Source of the DNA: Acidobacteriota bacterium
GTDB lineage: Bacteria > Acidobacteriota > UBA6911
Length of the DNA stretch: 64,000 nucleotides
Direction: 5' to 3'
Assembly: GCA_963664705.1 (NCBI GenBank)
Contig: OY761556.1
Location: 3,712,001-3,776,000, forward strand
In this document: positions 18,545 to 28,480 of the stretch, piece by piece
How the letters are laid out: every line of letters begins with the position of its first letter
Position numbering within the stretch: the first letter of the stretch is position 1
The notes under the pieces: generated by a model
What the model was told of the DNA's origin: nothing
Databases searched by the model: none
The model's input: only the letters and a program-made list of their open reading frames with translations
Made by a program: the position numbers and the translations under genes

Positions 18545-19720
18545 GTGTCCAAAATCCTTTTCCTCTGCCATCGAGTGCCTTATCCGCCAAACAAAGGAGA
18601 TAAGATACGCTCGTTCAATGAAATCAGGCATTTCAGCAAAAATCACGAGATTCACCTTCTGGCTTTTTGCGACAGCCCGGACGAGCAAAAATATGCCTCG
18701 GAATTAGGTCAATACTGTAAGCACATAGAACTCATTCCTCTCCGCGCCAATTGCCAGAAGTTCAAAGCTATGTTTTCCATGATAAATGGGAAGCCGTGGA
18801 CACTCGGCTATTACGATGATGCCCGCATGCATGCTGCCGTTAAAGAGATGTTGCATCAGGAGCCGATTGACTTGGTATTTGCCTACTCTTCATCCATGGC
18901 ACCTTATGCGTTGCTTGCGGAGAAGGCACCCAAGGTACTGGATTTTGTCGATTCAGATGCGGCAAAGTGGCGACAATATGCCAAATTCAAACCAGCCTAT
19001 TGCCGCTGGCTCTATGGATATGAAGCGGATCGTCTCTCTGTATTTGAAAACGATATGGTGCAGAAATGTGACCGCTCCGTGTTTGTCTCCCCGAGAGAAA
19101 CCAGGCACCTGTCCGATCCATGCAACAAGATCAGCTTTATCCAGAATGGCATAGAGTTGAATGGAACCGTCGCGTCTTCTCCTGATCGGTCCAATCCCAA
19201 GGCGATTTTCGTTGGCGCAATGGATTACTACCCCAATATCGATGCCGTACAGTATTTTGCACTGGAAGTTCTGCCCCAAATCAGGAAGTCCAGAAATATT
19301 GAGTTCTATATCGTTGGAAGCAATCCAGCACCTGCAGTCAAAAAACTGGCTGGACAGCCGGGTGTAGTTGTCACTGGCACGGTCCCGGATGTTGCTCCCT
19401 ATTTGCAGAAAGCCAGCGTCGCCGTTGTTCCAACGCGGATTGCACAGGGGATCCAAAACAAGATTCTTGAAGCGCTTGGATCGGGATTGCCTGTGGTGGC
19501 CAGCCGGGCCGCCGCTGAAGGGCTGCATACACTCAAGGGGATTCCGGTACGGGTGGCGGACCATCCCTCTGATTTTGCCAGGCAGGTTCTTGATTATCTG
19601 GATCATCCCATTTCATCGCAACAGATCGCAGACAGCCTTGATCATCTGAAGCGGCATTATTCGTGGGAAGCCAATCTCTCCGCATTCGATCAAATGTTCT
19701 GTCAACTCAGGCGAGTTTAA
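18545..19720 (+). CDS. GT4 glycosyltransferase (TIGR03087-like)
   Basis: LCHRVPYPPNKGDKIRSFN, DFVDSDAAKWRQY, FVGAMDYYPNIDA, GIQNKILEA. Confidence 0.92.
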   Translation: MSKILFLCHRVPYPPNKGDKIRSFNEIRHFSKNHEIHLLAFCDSPDEQKYASELGQYCKHIELIPLRANCQKFKAMFSMINGKPWTLGYYDDARMHAAVKEMLHQEPIDLVFAYSSSMAPYALLAEKAPKVLDFVDSDAAKWRQYAKFKPAYCRWLYGYEADRLSVFENDMVQKCDRSVFVSPRETRHLSDPCNKISFIQNGIELNGTVASSPDRSNPKAIFVGAMDYYPNIDAVQYFALEVLPQIRKSRNIEFYIVGSNPAPAVKKLAGQPGVVVTGTVPDVAPYLQKASVAVVPTRIAQGIQNKILEALGSGLPVVASRAAAEGLHTLKGIPVRVADHPSDFARQVLDYLDHPISSQQIADSLDHLKRHYSWEANLSAFDQMFCQLRRV

Positions 19721-19724
19721 CCAT

Positions 19725-20930
19725 TTGCCAATAAAGATTCTGACCTTTTCCACGTTATACCCGGATTCCAGTAGACCCACACACGGAATCTTTGTAGAAA
19801 ACCGGTTGCGACAACTTCTTTCTGGAAGCAAAACGGAGGCTCGTGTCCTGGCGCCGGTTCCATGGTTCCCTACAGCTGGAAAACGGTTTGGCAATTATGG
19901 CAGCTTCGCCAAGGTGCCACGGCGTGAAGTCCGACATGGCATCGATATCGCACATCCAAGATACCCACTCGTTCCGAAAATAGGAATGACTCTGGCACCC
20001 TGGCTAATGGCTGTTGCGGTAAGAAGTCGCTTCCAAAAGATCGTTGAAGATGGCTACGATTTTGACCTTATCGATGCCCACTATTTCTATCCCGACGGTG
20101 TGGCAGCGGCCATCCTTGCCAGGACAATTGGAAAGCCCCTTGTGATTACGGCTAGGGGGACTGACATCAACCTGATACCAAAATATTTCTTTGCCCGTCA
20201 GATGATCCGGTGGGCCGCCACCAGCGCAGCGGCTGTCATCGCCGTGAGTACCTCGCTAAAGGAGACTCTCGCTGCGCTTGGAATATCGCGGGACAAGATA
20301 ACGGTATTGCGGAACGGAGTCGACCTCAGCCAATTCAAACCACCTCAGAACAGAGAGGAGTTGCGCAAGAAACTTGGCTTGGTCGGCAAAACACTGCTGT
20401 CCGTTGGAAATCTGGTGCCATTAAAGCGACAGGACAATATCATTGGAGCGTTAAGATCGCTTCCGGATACAACCCTGATGATTGCAGGGGCAGGTCCTGA
20501 GCGCAAAAAACTGGAATTGATGGCGGAACAGCAAAAGGTATCCCATCGCGTCCGCTTCCTGGGAACGATAGAGCATGAGCGTCTTCAGGAATTTTATGGA
20601 GCGGCCGATGCCTTTGTGCTGGCCTCCAGCCGTGAAGGCTGGCCGAATGTATTGCTTGAATCCCTCGCCTGCGGGACTCCCGTCATTTGTACAAAGGTTG
20701 GATGCACTCCGGAATTAATAGCAGCTCCCGAGGCAGGGTTGTTGCTGGAAGATTCCGCTCCTGAGACCATTGCACGGACATTTGAAGAGCTCTTGCTTCG
20801 CCGGTCGAATCGCGATGCAACGCGAAGATATGCAGAACAATACGGTTGGGGCGAAACCACTCTCGGCCAGATGCGGGTATTTGAAAAGGTACTGACTGGG
20901 AGCGCCGGCGGGACGGCAGCAAGAGCGTAG
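19725..20930 (+). CDS. GT4 glycosyltransferase (TuaC-like)
   Basis: FSTLYP...HGIFVENRL, IDAHYFYPDG, TARGTD, SSREGWPNVLLESLACGTP. Confidence 0.9.
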   Translation: MPIKILTFSTLYPDSSRPTHGIFVENRLRQLLSGSKTEARVLAPVPWFPTAGKRFGNYGSFAKVPRREVRHGIDIAHPRYPLVPKIGMTLAPWLMAVAVRSRFQKIVEDGYDFDLIDAHYFYPDGVAAAILARTIGKPLVITARGTDINLIPKYFFARQMIRWAATSAAAVIAVSTSLKETLAALGISRDKITVLRNGVDLSQFKPPQNREELRKKLGLVGKTLLSVGNLVPLKRQDNIIGALRSLPDTTLMIAGAGPERKKLELMAEQQKVSHRVRFLGTIEHERLQEFYGAADAFVLASSREGWPNVLLESLACGTPVICTKVGCTPELIAAPEAGLLLEDSAPETIARTFEELLLRRSNRDATRRYAEQYGWGETTLGQMRVFEKVLTGSAGGTAARA

Positions 20931-21167
20931 CCTCCGCCATGGTGCTGATGCTGCCGGGACGTCTAATGCTGCACATTATTTGCCCAAGGAATTTGGGATG
21001 CGATACATATCAGCCCCGAGGGGCGGCAGAATGCCCGATCTTTCGCCCCTACAGGGCTCTTTCTCGCGCTTATCTCTACCGGGGGTTCGCTTCGCTTCAC
21101 CCCCGGCTACTTGCTTTCGGCCCTCCAGGCCTGGACGGTATTAGCTGTGACGGCAGCGCCCCTGGTT
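20895..21167. repeat. Composite palindromic intergenic element, copy A (rearranged)
   Basis: Shares ACTGGGAGCGCCGG end, TATTTGCCCAAG, ATATCAGCCCC and CCGGGGGTTCGC..CGCTTCACCCCCGGCTACTTGCTTTCGGCCCTCC with copies near 46.9 kb and 48.9 kb. Confidence 0.85.
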
Positions 21168-21212
21168 TACTGGCAACCAATATCTCCCATCCTTGATTGA
21201 AGGTAGCTACTC

Positions 21213-23108
21213 TTGATTCATCTAAGCGCATTTGTCCCTAATCCATCAAATCAACCAATTCCCGACCACCGCATCCAACAATGGAAACAGAATTGTGTCT
21301 CCGCAAGCCATGACAATCGCTGGATAAAAGCCGGGGACCGCTATTTCCTGCTGATTCAGGGAGACTGCAGTCTGGAGCATTTTGTTTACAGCTCTGATGC
21401 AGTCGATTTGATCTGCTACACAGATCTCCTCGGCTCCGGGTCCGGCGAGGATTTTGCCGAAGCAAATCAAAATCCAGCATCATATCTGGCGCATCGATAC
21501 GAAAAAATGGGCGAAGCGTTTGCCAGGGAGCTTCGAGGATGGTTCGGCGTTATTCTGTATGACCACAAGGAAAAGCGGCTGAAGGCCTGGACAGATCACT
21601 TCGGTGTGCGCAGGCTGGTATACCAAAAAACATCTCAGGGATTCGGCATGGCATCGGATTTGCGGCTTCTGAATGCCTTCTTTGATCGTAAGCCTGAAGT
21701 GGAGCCGGCATCCATTCTTGAATACCTCCAATATACCTGCATCCCGGCTCCACACACCATATACAAAGGGATTTCGCGGCTGGAGCCTGGTCATTGGATA
21801 ACCTCTGATCCAGATTCGATTTCGCAGCCCTTCTGGGGCTTGAATTACCAGGAAACCAAAGGGCGGAATCAGCAAGCCTGGGAGGAGAGCACATACCAGG
21901 CCATCGAATCGGCCGTGGCCCGATCGTCAAAGGTCATGGACAACTCGCAGCACATCGGCTGTTTTCTCAGTGGAGGAACCGACAGCAGTTCGGTAAGCGG
22001 ACTGGTGGGGAAAATCACGCAGGCATCTCCCACAACCATATCCATTGGATTTGAAGATCCGCGATATAACGAAATCGAATACGCCCGGATTGCGGCAAAA
22101 CATTTTAAAACGGATCACCACGAATATTTTGTAAAGCCGGCCGATATCCTGAGTCTTCTGACTCGTATCTACGATGTCTACGATGAGCCATTCGGCAATT
22201 CATCTATCGTTCCAGCCTTCTTCTGCTCAAAAACAGGCCTGGAAAATGGCGTCACCCACATGCTCGCCGGTGATGGCGGAGATGAGCTGTTTGGCGGCAA
22301 TCAAAGATACGGAAGTGACAGGCTGTTCCAGCGCTATCACTGGATTCCCAGGTTTATCCGCAAAGGAGCGCTGGAGCCTCTGGTCGCAGGATCTTCCCGC
22401 CTGCTGAAGATCGACAAACTGGATCTCATTCAGCGCTATATCCGCAGGGCCAATATCCCTTTGCCTGATCGCTACTTCTCTTACGACTTCATTTCGTCAG
22501 TCAATCGAGCGGAGCTGTTCTCGAATTCCCTTTTATGCGATCTCAAAGACATTGATCCCCTGGCTGTCGCCAGAAAGCACTTCCGGAATGCAGTAGCCAC
22601 CGAAGATCTGAACCGCTGGCTTCAGCTTGACTTGAAAATAACGATTACGGATAACGACATACGTAAAGTAACAGTAATGGCCGAACTGGCGGGAACCGTT
22701 CCCAGGTATCCGCTCCTGGATCCGGGGCTGGCGGAATTTGCAGCCACCATTCCATCCGCACTGAAAGTAAAGGGGATGCAGCTGCGGTACCTGTTCAAAC
22801 AGGCCATGAGCAGGATTTTGCCCCGGGAGATTCTGACCAAGACAAAACATGGATTTGGGCTGCCCTTCAGTACCTGGTTGCTTGAAGATCCGAATCTGCA
22901 TACCTTTGTTTTCGATATTCTCGGTTCAGGTGCCGCCCGCCAGCGCGGCTATCTCCGCCCCGACATGCTTGAATGGCTGTGGACGCGCTATCAGACAGAA
23001 AGCAAGGTCTATTATGGCGATGTGCTCTGGACCTTTCTGATGCTTGAATTGTGGCACCGTTCCCTTGACAGGCAAATGAGTGACTTCAACACCATGGGAT
23101 CCAATTGA
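21213..23108 (+). CDS. Asparagine-synthetase-like amide ligase without N-terminal catalytic Cys
   Basis: FLSGGTDSS PP-loop, DEPFGNSS, AGDGGDELFGG, KHGFGLP; no MCGI start. Confidence 0.88.
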   Translation: MIHLSAFVPNPSNQPIPDHRIQQWKQNCVSASHDNRWIKAGDRYFLLIQGDCSLEHFVYSSDAVDLICYTDLLGSGSGEDFAEANQNPASYLAHRYEKMGEAFARELRGWFGVILYDHKEKRLKAWTDHFGVRRLVYQKTSQGFGMASDLRLLNAFFDRKPEVEPASILEYLQYTCIPAPHTIYKGISRLEPGHWITSDPDSISQPFWGLNYQETKGRNQQAWEESTYQAIESAVARSSKVMDNSQHIGCFLSGGTDSSSVSGLVGKITQASPTTISIGFEDPRYNEIEYARIAAKHFKTDHHEYFVKPADILSLLTRIYDVYDEPFGNSSIVPAFFCSKTGLENGVTHMLAGDGGDELFGGNQRYGSDRLFQRYHWIPRFIRKGALEPLVAGSSRLLKIDKLDLIQRYIRRANIPLPDRYFSYDFISSVNRAELFSNSLLCDLKDIDPLAVARKHFRNAVATEDLNRWLQLDLKITITDNDIRKVTVMAELAGTVPRYPLLDPGLAEFAATIPSALKVKGMQLRYLFKQAMSRILPREILTKTKHGFGLPFSTWLLEDPNLHTFVFDILGSGAARQRGYLRPDMLEWLWTRYQTESKVYYGDVLWTFLMLELWHRSLDRQMSDFNTMGSN

Positions 23109-24040
23109 AGCGATCTGTTGCAGGCCTTTTCACAAAACTTCGTCTCGACGATATTCTGAATCCTGTTCTCGAGTACCCGAAAAACCGACATCGGTACCAG
23201 GTGCTTGTGTATCACAAAGTTTCGCCCGATCCCCATCCATTTTTCCAACCAACTCCCCCGGGAGAATTTGAACGTCAGGTTCTGTTCCTGAAGGAACATT
23301 ATCGAGTTATGGATCTGGAAGAACTGGTGGACCGGAGCGCCCGGGGCAGCATTCCGAGGAATGCCGTTGCCATTACTTTCGATGACGGCTATCGCGACAA
23401 TTATGATTTCGCGTTCCCTATCCTCAGAAAACACGGGATTCCGGCAACAATATTTCTGACAACCTCCGCCCTCGATAACCAGCAGAAGCTCTGGCATGAT
23501 CATGTTTTTGACAGCTTCCGTTTTGCAACGAAGCGAGATCCCTCTCTTACTCTGGAGGATGTCATTCGGCGCGCAAAAGGGATGAGGGCCCAGGAGCGAT
23601 CCGGCTATGTCATGAAAGTGACGGACATGCTGGCACCGGAAATTCCTGAGCCGTTCAAAGCTCCTATGCTCTCCTGGAATCAGGTAATCGAGATGAAGAA
23701 GTCGGGGATAGCCTTTGGTTCCCATACTTGCACGCACCCCATCCTCGCAAGGGAAAAACAGACCGATGTCATCAGAGAGCTGGTTGAATCCAGATCGGAA
23801 ATTCGAGAACGCACTGGCAATGATGCATTGCTCCTGGCATACCCCAACGGCCTGAAAAACGATTTTTCGGATGAGGTGGTCGAAGCGGCCCGCAAAACGG
23901 GCTATAAATGCGCGTTCACTATGATCACGGGACCTAACAGCACTGGCACTCATCCATACAAGCTGAAACGAGGACAACCCTGGCAAACCGATCCGAGTAT
24001 TTTTCGTTTTGTATTTTTCCTGCAAAGACATTTCGGGTAA
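23105..24040 (+). CDS. Polysaccharide deacetylase (CE4/NodB)
   Basis: VLVYHKV, AITFDDGYRDN, FGSHTCTHPIL, LAYPNG. Confidence 0.9.
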   Translation: MKRSVAGLFTKLRLDDILNPVLEYPKNRHRYQVLVYHKVSPDPHPFFQPTPPGEFERQVLFLKEHYRVMDLEELVDRSARGSIPRNAVAITFDDGYRDNYDFAFPILRKHGIPATIFLTTSALDNQQKLWHDHVFDSFRFATKRDPSLTLEDVIRRAKGMRAQERSGYVMKVTDMLAPEIPEPFKAPMLSWNQVIEMKKSGIAFGSHTCTHPILAREKQTDVIRELVESRSEIRERTGNDALLLAYPNGLKNDFSDEVVEAARKTGYKCAFTMITGPNSTGTHPYKLKRGQPWQTDPSIFRFVFFLQRHFG

Positions 24041-24046
24041 ACACCG

Positions 24047-25174
24047 GTGGCCTCAGATAGAATTCGGATTCTTCATATTCTTCACGCCTTTTCGGCCGGC
24101 GGGCTCGAAAATGGAATTGTAAACATCATTAATCATTCACCGGATCATCTTGAGCATGAATTATGCTTGCTCACCAGGGGCGGCGAATTTCTGAAGCGGC
24201 TTGCCCGCCCGATCCCAGTTCATGAATTGCACAAGCGGGAAGGTAATGATCTGAGAGCGCTGGGAAGGCTTTGCCAATTACTGCATCATAAGAATTTCGA
24301 TATAGTCCATACCAGAAACTGGGCAGCATTTGACGGCGTGCTTGCAGCCATAACGACGCCATCCGTAACGCTGATTCACGGCGAACATGGTCGGGACATC
24401 CAGGACCCCCAGGGATTAAACAAGCGCCGAAATTTCCTGCGCAGACTGGCGGGGCATCGAATCCATCGCTTTGTGGCAGTATCCTCAAACCTTTATGAAT
24501 GGCTCTGGAAAACAGTTCAAATCCCCAGGAAAAAGATAACGCTGATTCACAATGGCGTGGATACGGCAAAATTCCGACGAACTTCATCCTTAAGCTTGCG
24601 CAAGGAATTTGCAATCCAGGACAGTGAGTTTGTGGTGGGAACAGTGGCTCGCCTGGATCCTGTTAAGGACCATGAGGGCATGATAGAGGCAGTCCGGCTG
24701 CTCAATCAGTCCGGAAATAACATACGCCTCATTATCGTTGGGGAAGGCCCCAATCGCAGCTCACTGGAAAAACTCATCCGCGGGTGGCAAGACGGCCCCA
24801 CGCCCATTCTAACGGGGTATAGGGAAGATACTTTGGACTTCTACGGGCTGTTCGATGTATTTCTCCTGACTTCCTATGCGGAAGGGATGTCCAATACGCT
24901 TCTCGAGGCAATGTCCTGTATGCTCCCTGTGATCTGCACTCCCGTTGGAGCGAATGTCGAAGTCGTCGAGCACAATGTGACGGGAATGATCGTCCCCGTC
25001 GCGGCATCGGCAGAACTTGCAGCAAGTATTTCATCGTATAAAGGATCGGAAGGAATGCGGGCTTCTCATGCGGAAAACGCACGTAATTTCATCGAGAAGA
25101 ATTTTTCGCTCAACAAAATGGTAAACACTTACCTAAATCTCTATCAATCCGGGGGATCATGCGCGACTTTTTGA
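24047..25174 (+). CDS. GT4 glycosyltransferase (TIGR03088-like)
   Basis: GGLENGIVNIIN, IVHTRN, HGEHGRD, EGMSNTLLEAM. Confidence 0.9.
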   Translation: MASDRIRILHILHAFSAGGLENGIVNIINHSPDHLEHELCLLTRGGEFLKRLARPIPVHELHKREGNDLRALGRLCQLLHHKNFDIVHTRNWAAFDGVLAAITTPSVTLIHGEHGRDIQDPQGLNKRRNFLRRLAGHRIHRFVAVSSNLYEWLWKTVQIPRKKITLIHNGVDTAKFRRTSSLSLRKEFAIQDSEFVVGTVARLDPVKDHEGMIEAVRLLNQSGNNIRLIIVGEGPNRSSLEKLIRGWQDGPTPILTGYREDTLDFYGLFDVFLLTSYAEGMSNTLLEAMSCMLPVICTPVGANVEVVEHNVTGMIVPVAASAELAASISSYKGSEGMRASHAENARNFIEKNFSLNKMVNTYLNLYQSGGSCATF

Positions 25175-26457
25175 TCATTGCCATTGTATTCCTGAGCCTT
25201 CCGGTAGGTGTATTTCAGCCCTTTTATGGAATACTGGTTTATGCCTGGATCAGCTACATGTATCCGCACATGCTGGCATGGTCTTACGCGCAGACCGCTC
25301 CCATCGCCAAGCTCGCAGCCTTATCCGTCCTGGCAGGCATAATAATCAGACGAAACGGCAGCCTTGCGGCCCTGAAAGAGAGAGAGATGAAATGCATGCT
25401 GATTCTGTTTCTCTTCTTCACTCTCTCCAGCTTTTTTGCCTTCTACCCTGACGCAGCTTGGGGAAAGTGGCAGGATATGGCCAAGGTAATATTGATGTCC
25501 TTCGTCATATCCGCATTTCTGACAGACCGCAGAAAACTCAAAATTTTTCTAATTGTTGTGGCCTTGTCGCTCGGCTTTTATGGGTTTAAAGGAGGGATCT
25601 TCAGTCTCGCAACACAGGGGCAGTTCATGGTTTGGGGTCCCGGAAATTCAATCATCGGCGCCAACAATAATCTTGGCCTCGCTTTGTGCATGGTGTTGCC
25701 CATGTTCTGGTACCTCGCCAAAGCCGAAACGCGTCAATGGCTGAAACGTGGATTGCAGGTATGTGCTCTTCTGACCATTCCCGCGATTATGTTTACCTAT
25801 TCAAGAGGGAGCTTTGTGGGACTGGCCGTTGTGCTCGCTTTGATTATCATCAAGAGCAAGCATCGCATACTTTCAGCGGCTTTAGCTGTTTTGTTATCCC
25901 TGGCAGTGATTGGATATCTCCCGCAGCGCTGGACCGAACGGACCGGCACCACCATCGATTATGAAGCCGACAGCTCAGCAATGTCGCGCCTGGACAACTG
26001 GAAATTCTGCTGGAAACTTGTTCTGGACCGTCCGCTGGTAGGGGGAGGATTCAATTTCTTTACAACGGAAACCCTCAGTCGCTATGACCCGGAATTTGTT
26101 CGAAAATACGGTAAGGCATGGGATACCCATAATATCTATTTCGGCATATTGGCCGGCCACGGTTTCCCGGCATTTGGTGGTTTTATCGCCATGATCGTTC
26201 TGACATTTCTAAGTTGCTGTAAACTTAAACGGGAGAGCAAAGGAAACCCTCAACTTGTATGGATAGCTCAATATTCAGACATGATCCAGATTGCACTTAT
26301 GGGCTGGGCGGTCAACGGTATGTTTGTAAACATGGAGTACTTTGAACTTCCCTATCACCTGATCGCCGTCACCGCAGCGCTAAAGGTCATGCTTCGTCAG
26401 GAGATAGCCGGCACTGTCATCGATGCAGAGCATCCGATCCAGCATGCCGCGGCATAG
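25159..26457 (+). CDS. Putative O-glycosylation ligase/polymerase, exosortase A-associated (TIGR03097-like)
   Basis: MRD...YAWISYMYPH, GFYGFKGG, NNNLGL, TYSRG, DSSAMSRL..W, PLVGGGF, HNIYF; multi-TM. Confidence 0.9.
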   Translation: MRDFLIIAIVFLSLPVGVFQPFYGILVYAWISYMYPHMLAWSYAQTAPIAKLAALSVLAGIIIRRNGSLAALKEREMKCMLILFLFFTLSSFFAFYPDAAWGKWQDMAKVILMSFVISAFLTDRRKLKIFLIVVALSLGFYGFKGGIFSLATQGQFMVWGPGNSIIGANNNLGLALCMVLPMFWYLAKAETRQWLKRGLQVCALLTIPAIMFTYSRGSFVGLAVVLALIIIKSKHRILSAALAVLLSLAVIGYLPQRWTERTGTTIDYEADSSAMSRLDNWKFCWKLVLDRPLVGGGFNFFTTETLSRYDPEFVRKYGKAWDTHNIYFGILAGHGFPAFGGFIAMIVLTFLSCCKLKRESKGNPQLVWIAQYSDMIQIALMGWAVNGMFVNMEYFELPYHLIAVTAALKVMLRQEIAGTVIDAEHPIQHAAA

Positions 26458-26460
26458 AGT

Positions 26461-27504
26461 ATGGCAATAATCATTCGGGAAGCGGACCTGCAATCCGATC
26501 GCAGTCTCATTGTTCGCTTCCTGCACGACAACCTGACCGAAAATTCCAACGACGATCGCTACAACTGGCTGTATCTTCAAAATCCAGCCGGCGCGGCAAA
26601 AATATGGATTGCCTGGGATACTGTGCTGGACAAACCGGCGGGAATATCGGCCGCCATCCCAAGAACTTTGAGCATCAAAGGACAGAAACGCCCATGCTGG
26701 ATCCTGGCTGATTTCTGCATGGATCGATCCTATCGAAGTCTCGGACCGGCCCTCAAACTTCAGCGAGAGTCTCTTGAAGCCGCGGACAAATCCCGGATCT
26801 GTTGTTGCATTGATTTTCCCAGCCAAACCATGGCTGCCATATATGCCCGTCTTGGCATCCCGGTGTTTGGTGATTTGGGCCGTTTTGCAAAACCGCTCAA
26901 TGTAAGCAATCGAATAAACAGGTTGATTCCGGTTTCTGCGCTCTCCGCCCCCATCGGTTGGATCGGAAATGTTGTCCTTAGGCTTTCAGACCTCAGATTA
27001 CGATCATCATCGAAAATAGTCCTGGAGAAAAGTGAAGGCGTCATAGGTGGGGAATTCTCCGACCTCGCATCCATGGCATTGAAGCCCTTCGATGTCTTCA
27101 CCGACCGCCCGCCGGAATATTTGAATTGGCGCTATCGGGAAGTTCCTTTGCAGCAAAATACCGTTCTCGCGTTCAGACGGGCAGGCAGATTGGTGGCCTA
27201 TGCCATTGTTAGCTTCACATCTGATGAAGCCGCCATTCACGAGGTATTTTCTCTCCCGGAAACAGATCTCTGCTCTGATATAGTCATCAAGCTTTGGGAA
27301 TATCTGCGGAATGCTGGAATGCAGTCTGCCTCTTTCTGGCAATCCACAAATAAGAACGCTTCCCTGCTTGGTTTTAAGTCCGGGTGTTACCTGCGCAACA
27401 CTTCACCCATCGTTGTTTACCAGAGCAAGCTGGCAGCCGATTCCGGGGAATCGAAACTTATCGACTTGAGTTTCCTTCTTGTGAACGGGGATCGTGACAG
27501 TTGA
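26461..27504 (+). CDS. GNAT-fold protein
   Basis: YNWLYLQNPAG, LADFCMDRSYRSLGPALKLQR, YLNWRY, terminal GDRD. Confidence 0.75.
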   Translation: MAIIIREADLQSDRSLIVRFLHDNLTENSNDDRYNWLYLQNPAGAAKIWIAWDTVLDKPAGISAAIPRTLSIKGQKRPCWILADFCMDRSYRSLGPALKLQRESLEAADKSRICCCIDFPSQTMAAIYARLGIPVFGDLGRFAKPLNVSNRINRLIPVSALSAPIGWIGNVVLRLSDLRLRSSSKIVLEKSEGVIGGEFSDLASMALKPFDVFTDRPPEYLNWRYREVPLQQNTVLAFRRAGRLVAYAIVSFTSDEAAIHEVFSLPETDLCSDIVIKLWEYLRNAGMQSASFWQSTNKNASLLGFKSGCYLRNTSPIVVYQSKLAADSGESKLIDLSFLLVNGDRDS

Positions 27505-27544
27505 TGTATTCCGAACTTTTTCACTCTTTTGAGATAGATACGAA

Positions 27545-27799
27545 ATGGATAAAGACATCAGTTTGCGGACCATAGAATTTATCAGGACCCACTTTCCGCT
27601 GGCGCGAAAGCAATCCATAAATGAAACCACGCCACTTCTCGAAACGGGCATTATCGATTCCCTTGGAATCCTGGATCTTGTAGCCTTTATCGAAGATGCA
27701 TTTGCGGTTCACGTGGATGATGATGATCTAACGCCTGAGCATTTTGCCTCGGTGCAAACCATCTCCGATATGGTTCAAGGTAAGGCTAGGCGCGCTTAA
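27545..27799 (+). CDS. Acyl carrier protein
   Basis: LLETGIIDSLGILDLVAFIEDAF phosphopantetheine site; DDLTPEHF. Confidence 0.92.
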   Translation: MDKDISLRTIEFIRTHFPLARKQSINETTPLLETGIIDSLGILDLVAFIEDAFAVHVDDDDLTPEHFASVQTISDMVQGKARRA

Positions 27800-27829
27800 A
27801 CTCACTATTACGGGCAACCCGGAAAAAGT

Positions 27830-28420
27830 ATGAATCTACTAAACAAATTAGCCAGTGCATCCTTCCTGATTGTCGGTTGTATTGTATTGATCGCATCTTT
27901 GACGATCCATTCTGTCCATGCAGAGCAAGACCGCTCCGGCATTCGGATCCCCAACTTAAGGCAAACCGCAATGAGAGGAATGACACATTACAATACCGGG
28001 CCCTGTACCGGCGAAATCCTCAATGCACATTTCTATCCAGGGCTTCTTGAATATCTGGATGGCAATTATGCCTATGCCGTATCACAAATGGATTACTTTA
28101 TCGACAGGCCTGATTACACAAAGATGAATCCCAACCAATCGGAGTATTTCAGCATTGCGCACTATATTCGAGGAAGCATCCTGCTGGAGCATGCGGTTGG
28201 CAACCGGCGATTCCAATTGGCCATCAGTGATCTCGAGGCATCCATTAACTGGAACAAGCAGAATTATCAATCCTACATAAAACTGGCTGCTGCCTATAAA
28301 GAAACAGACATGAAGGAACGCGCGGTCAGTATCCTCAAATCGCTGCTGACCTTGCCAGCCCCGGAAACCATAAAGCAGGAAGCCGTTCAGACGTTGACTG
28401 CTCTGACAGAAAAACAGTAA
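27830..28420 (+). CDS. Exported TPR-like protein
   Basis: Signal peptide ending VHA; helical repeats AHYIRG..AISDLEASI..SYIKLAAAY. Confidence 0.65.
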   Translation: MNLLNKLASASFLIVGCIVLIASLTIHSVHAEQDRSGIRIPNLRQTAMRGMTHYNTGPCTGEILNAHFYPGLLEYLDGNYAYAVSQMDYFIDRPDYTKMNPNQSEYFSIAHYIRGSILLEHAVGNRRFQLAISDLEASINWNKQNYQSYIKLAAAYKETDMKERAVSILKSLLTLPAPETIKQEAVQTLTALTEKQ

Positions 28421-28480
28421 TTCCTCACGAACGTCTTTGAGTTCTCTCGAGCCATACATTTTCTCTGGAACAATTCTTAT

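Noticed and set aside
20939-21196. Short ORFs 20939-21196 and 46939-47130, and the 49224-49322 extension of the TPR gene
   Set aside because: The short ORFs lie inside the palindromic repeats; the extension starts in the repeat end, upstream of the lipoprotein signal at 49323.
9246-23108. Lasso peptide cluster (RRE + kinase + NTase + Asn-synthetase-like cyclase)
   Set aside because: No transglutaminase-like B2 peptidase; the peptide lacks the YxxPxL leader and has a Tat-like signal; the Asn-synthetase-like genes lie far away in the EPS operon.
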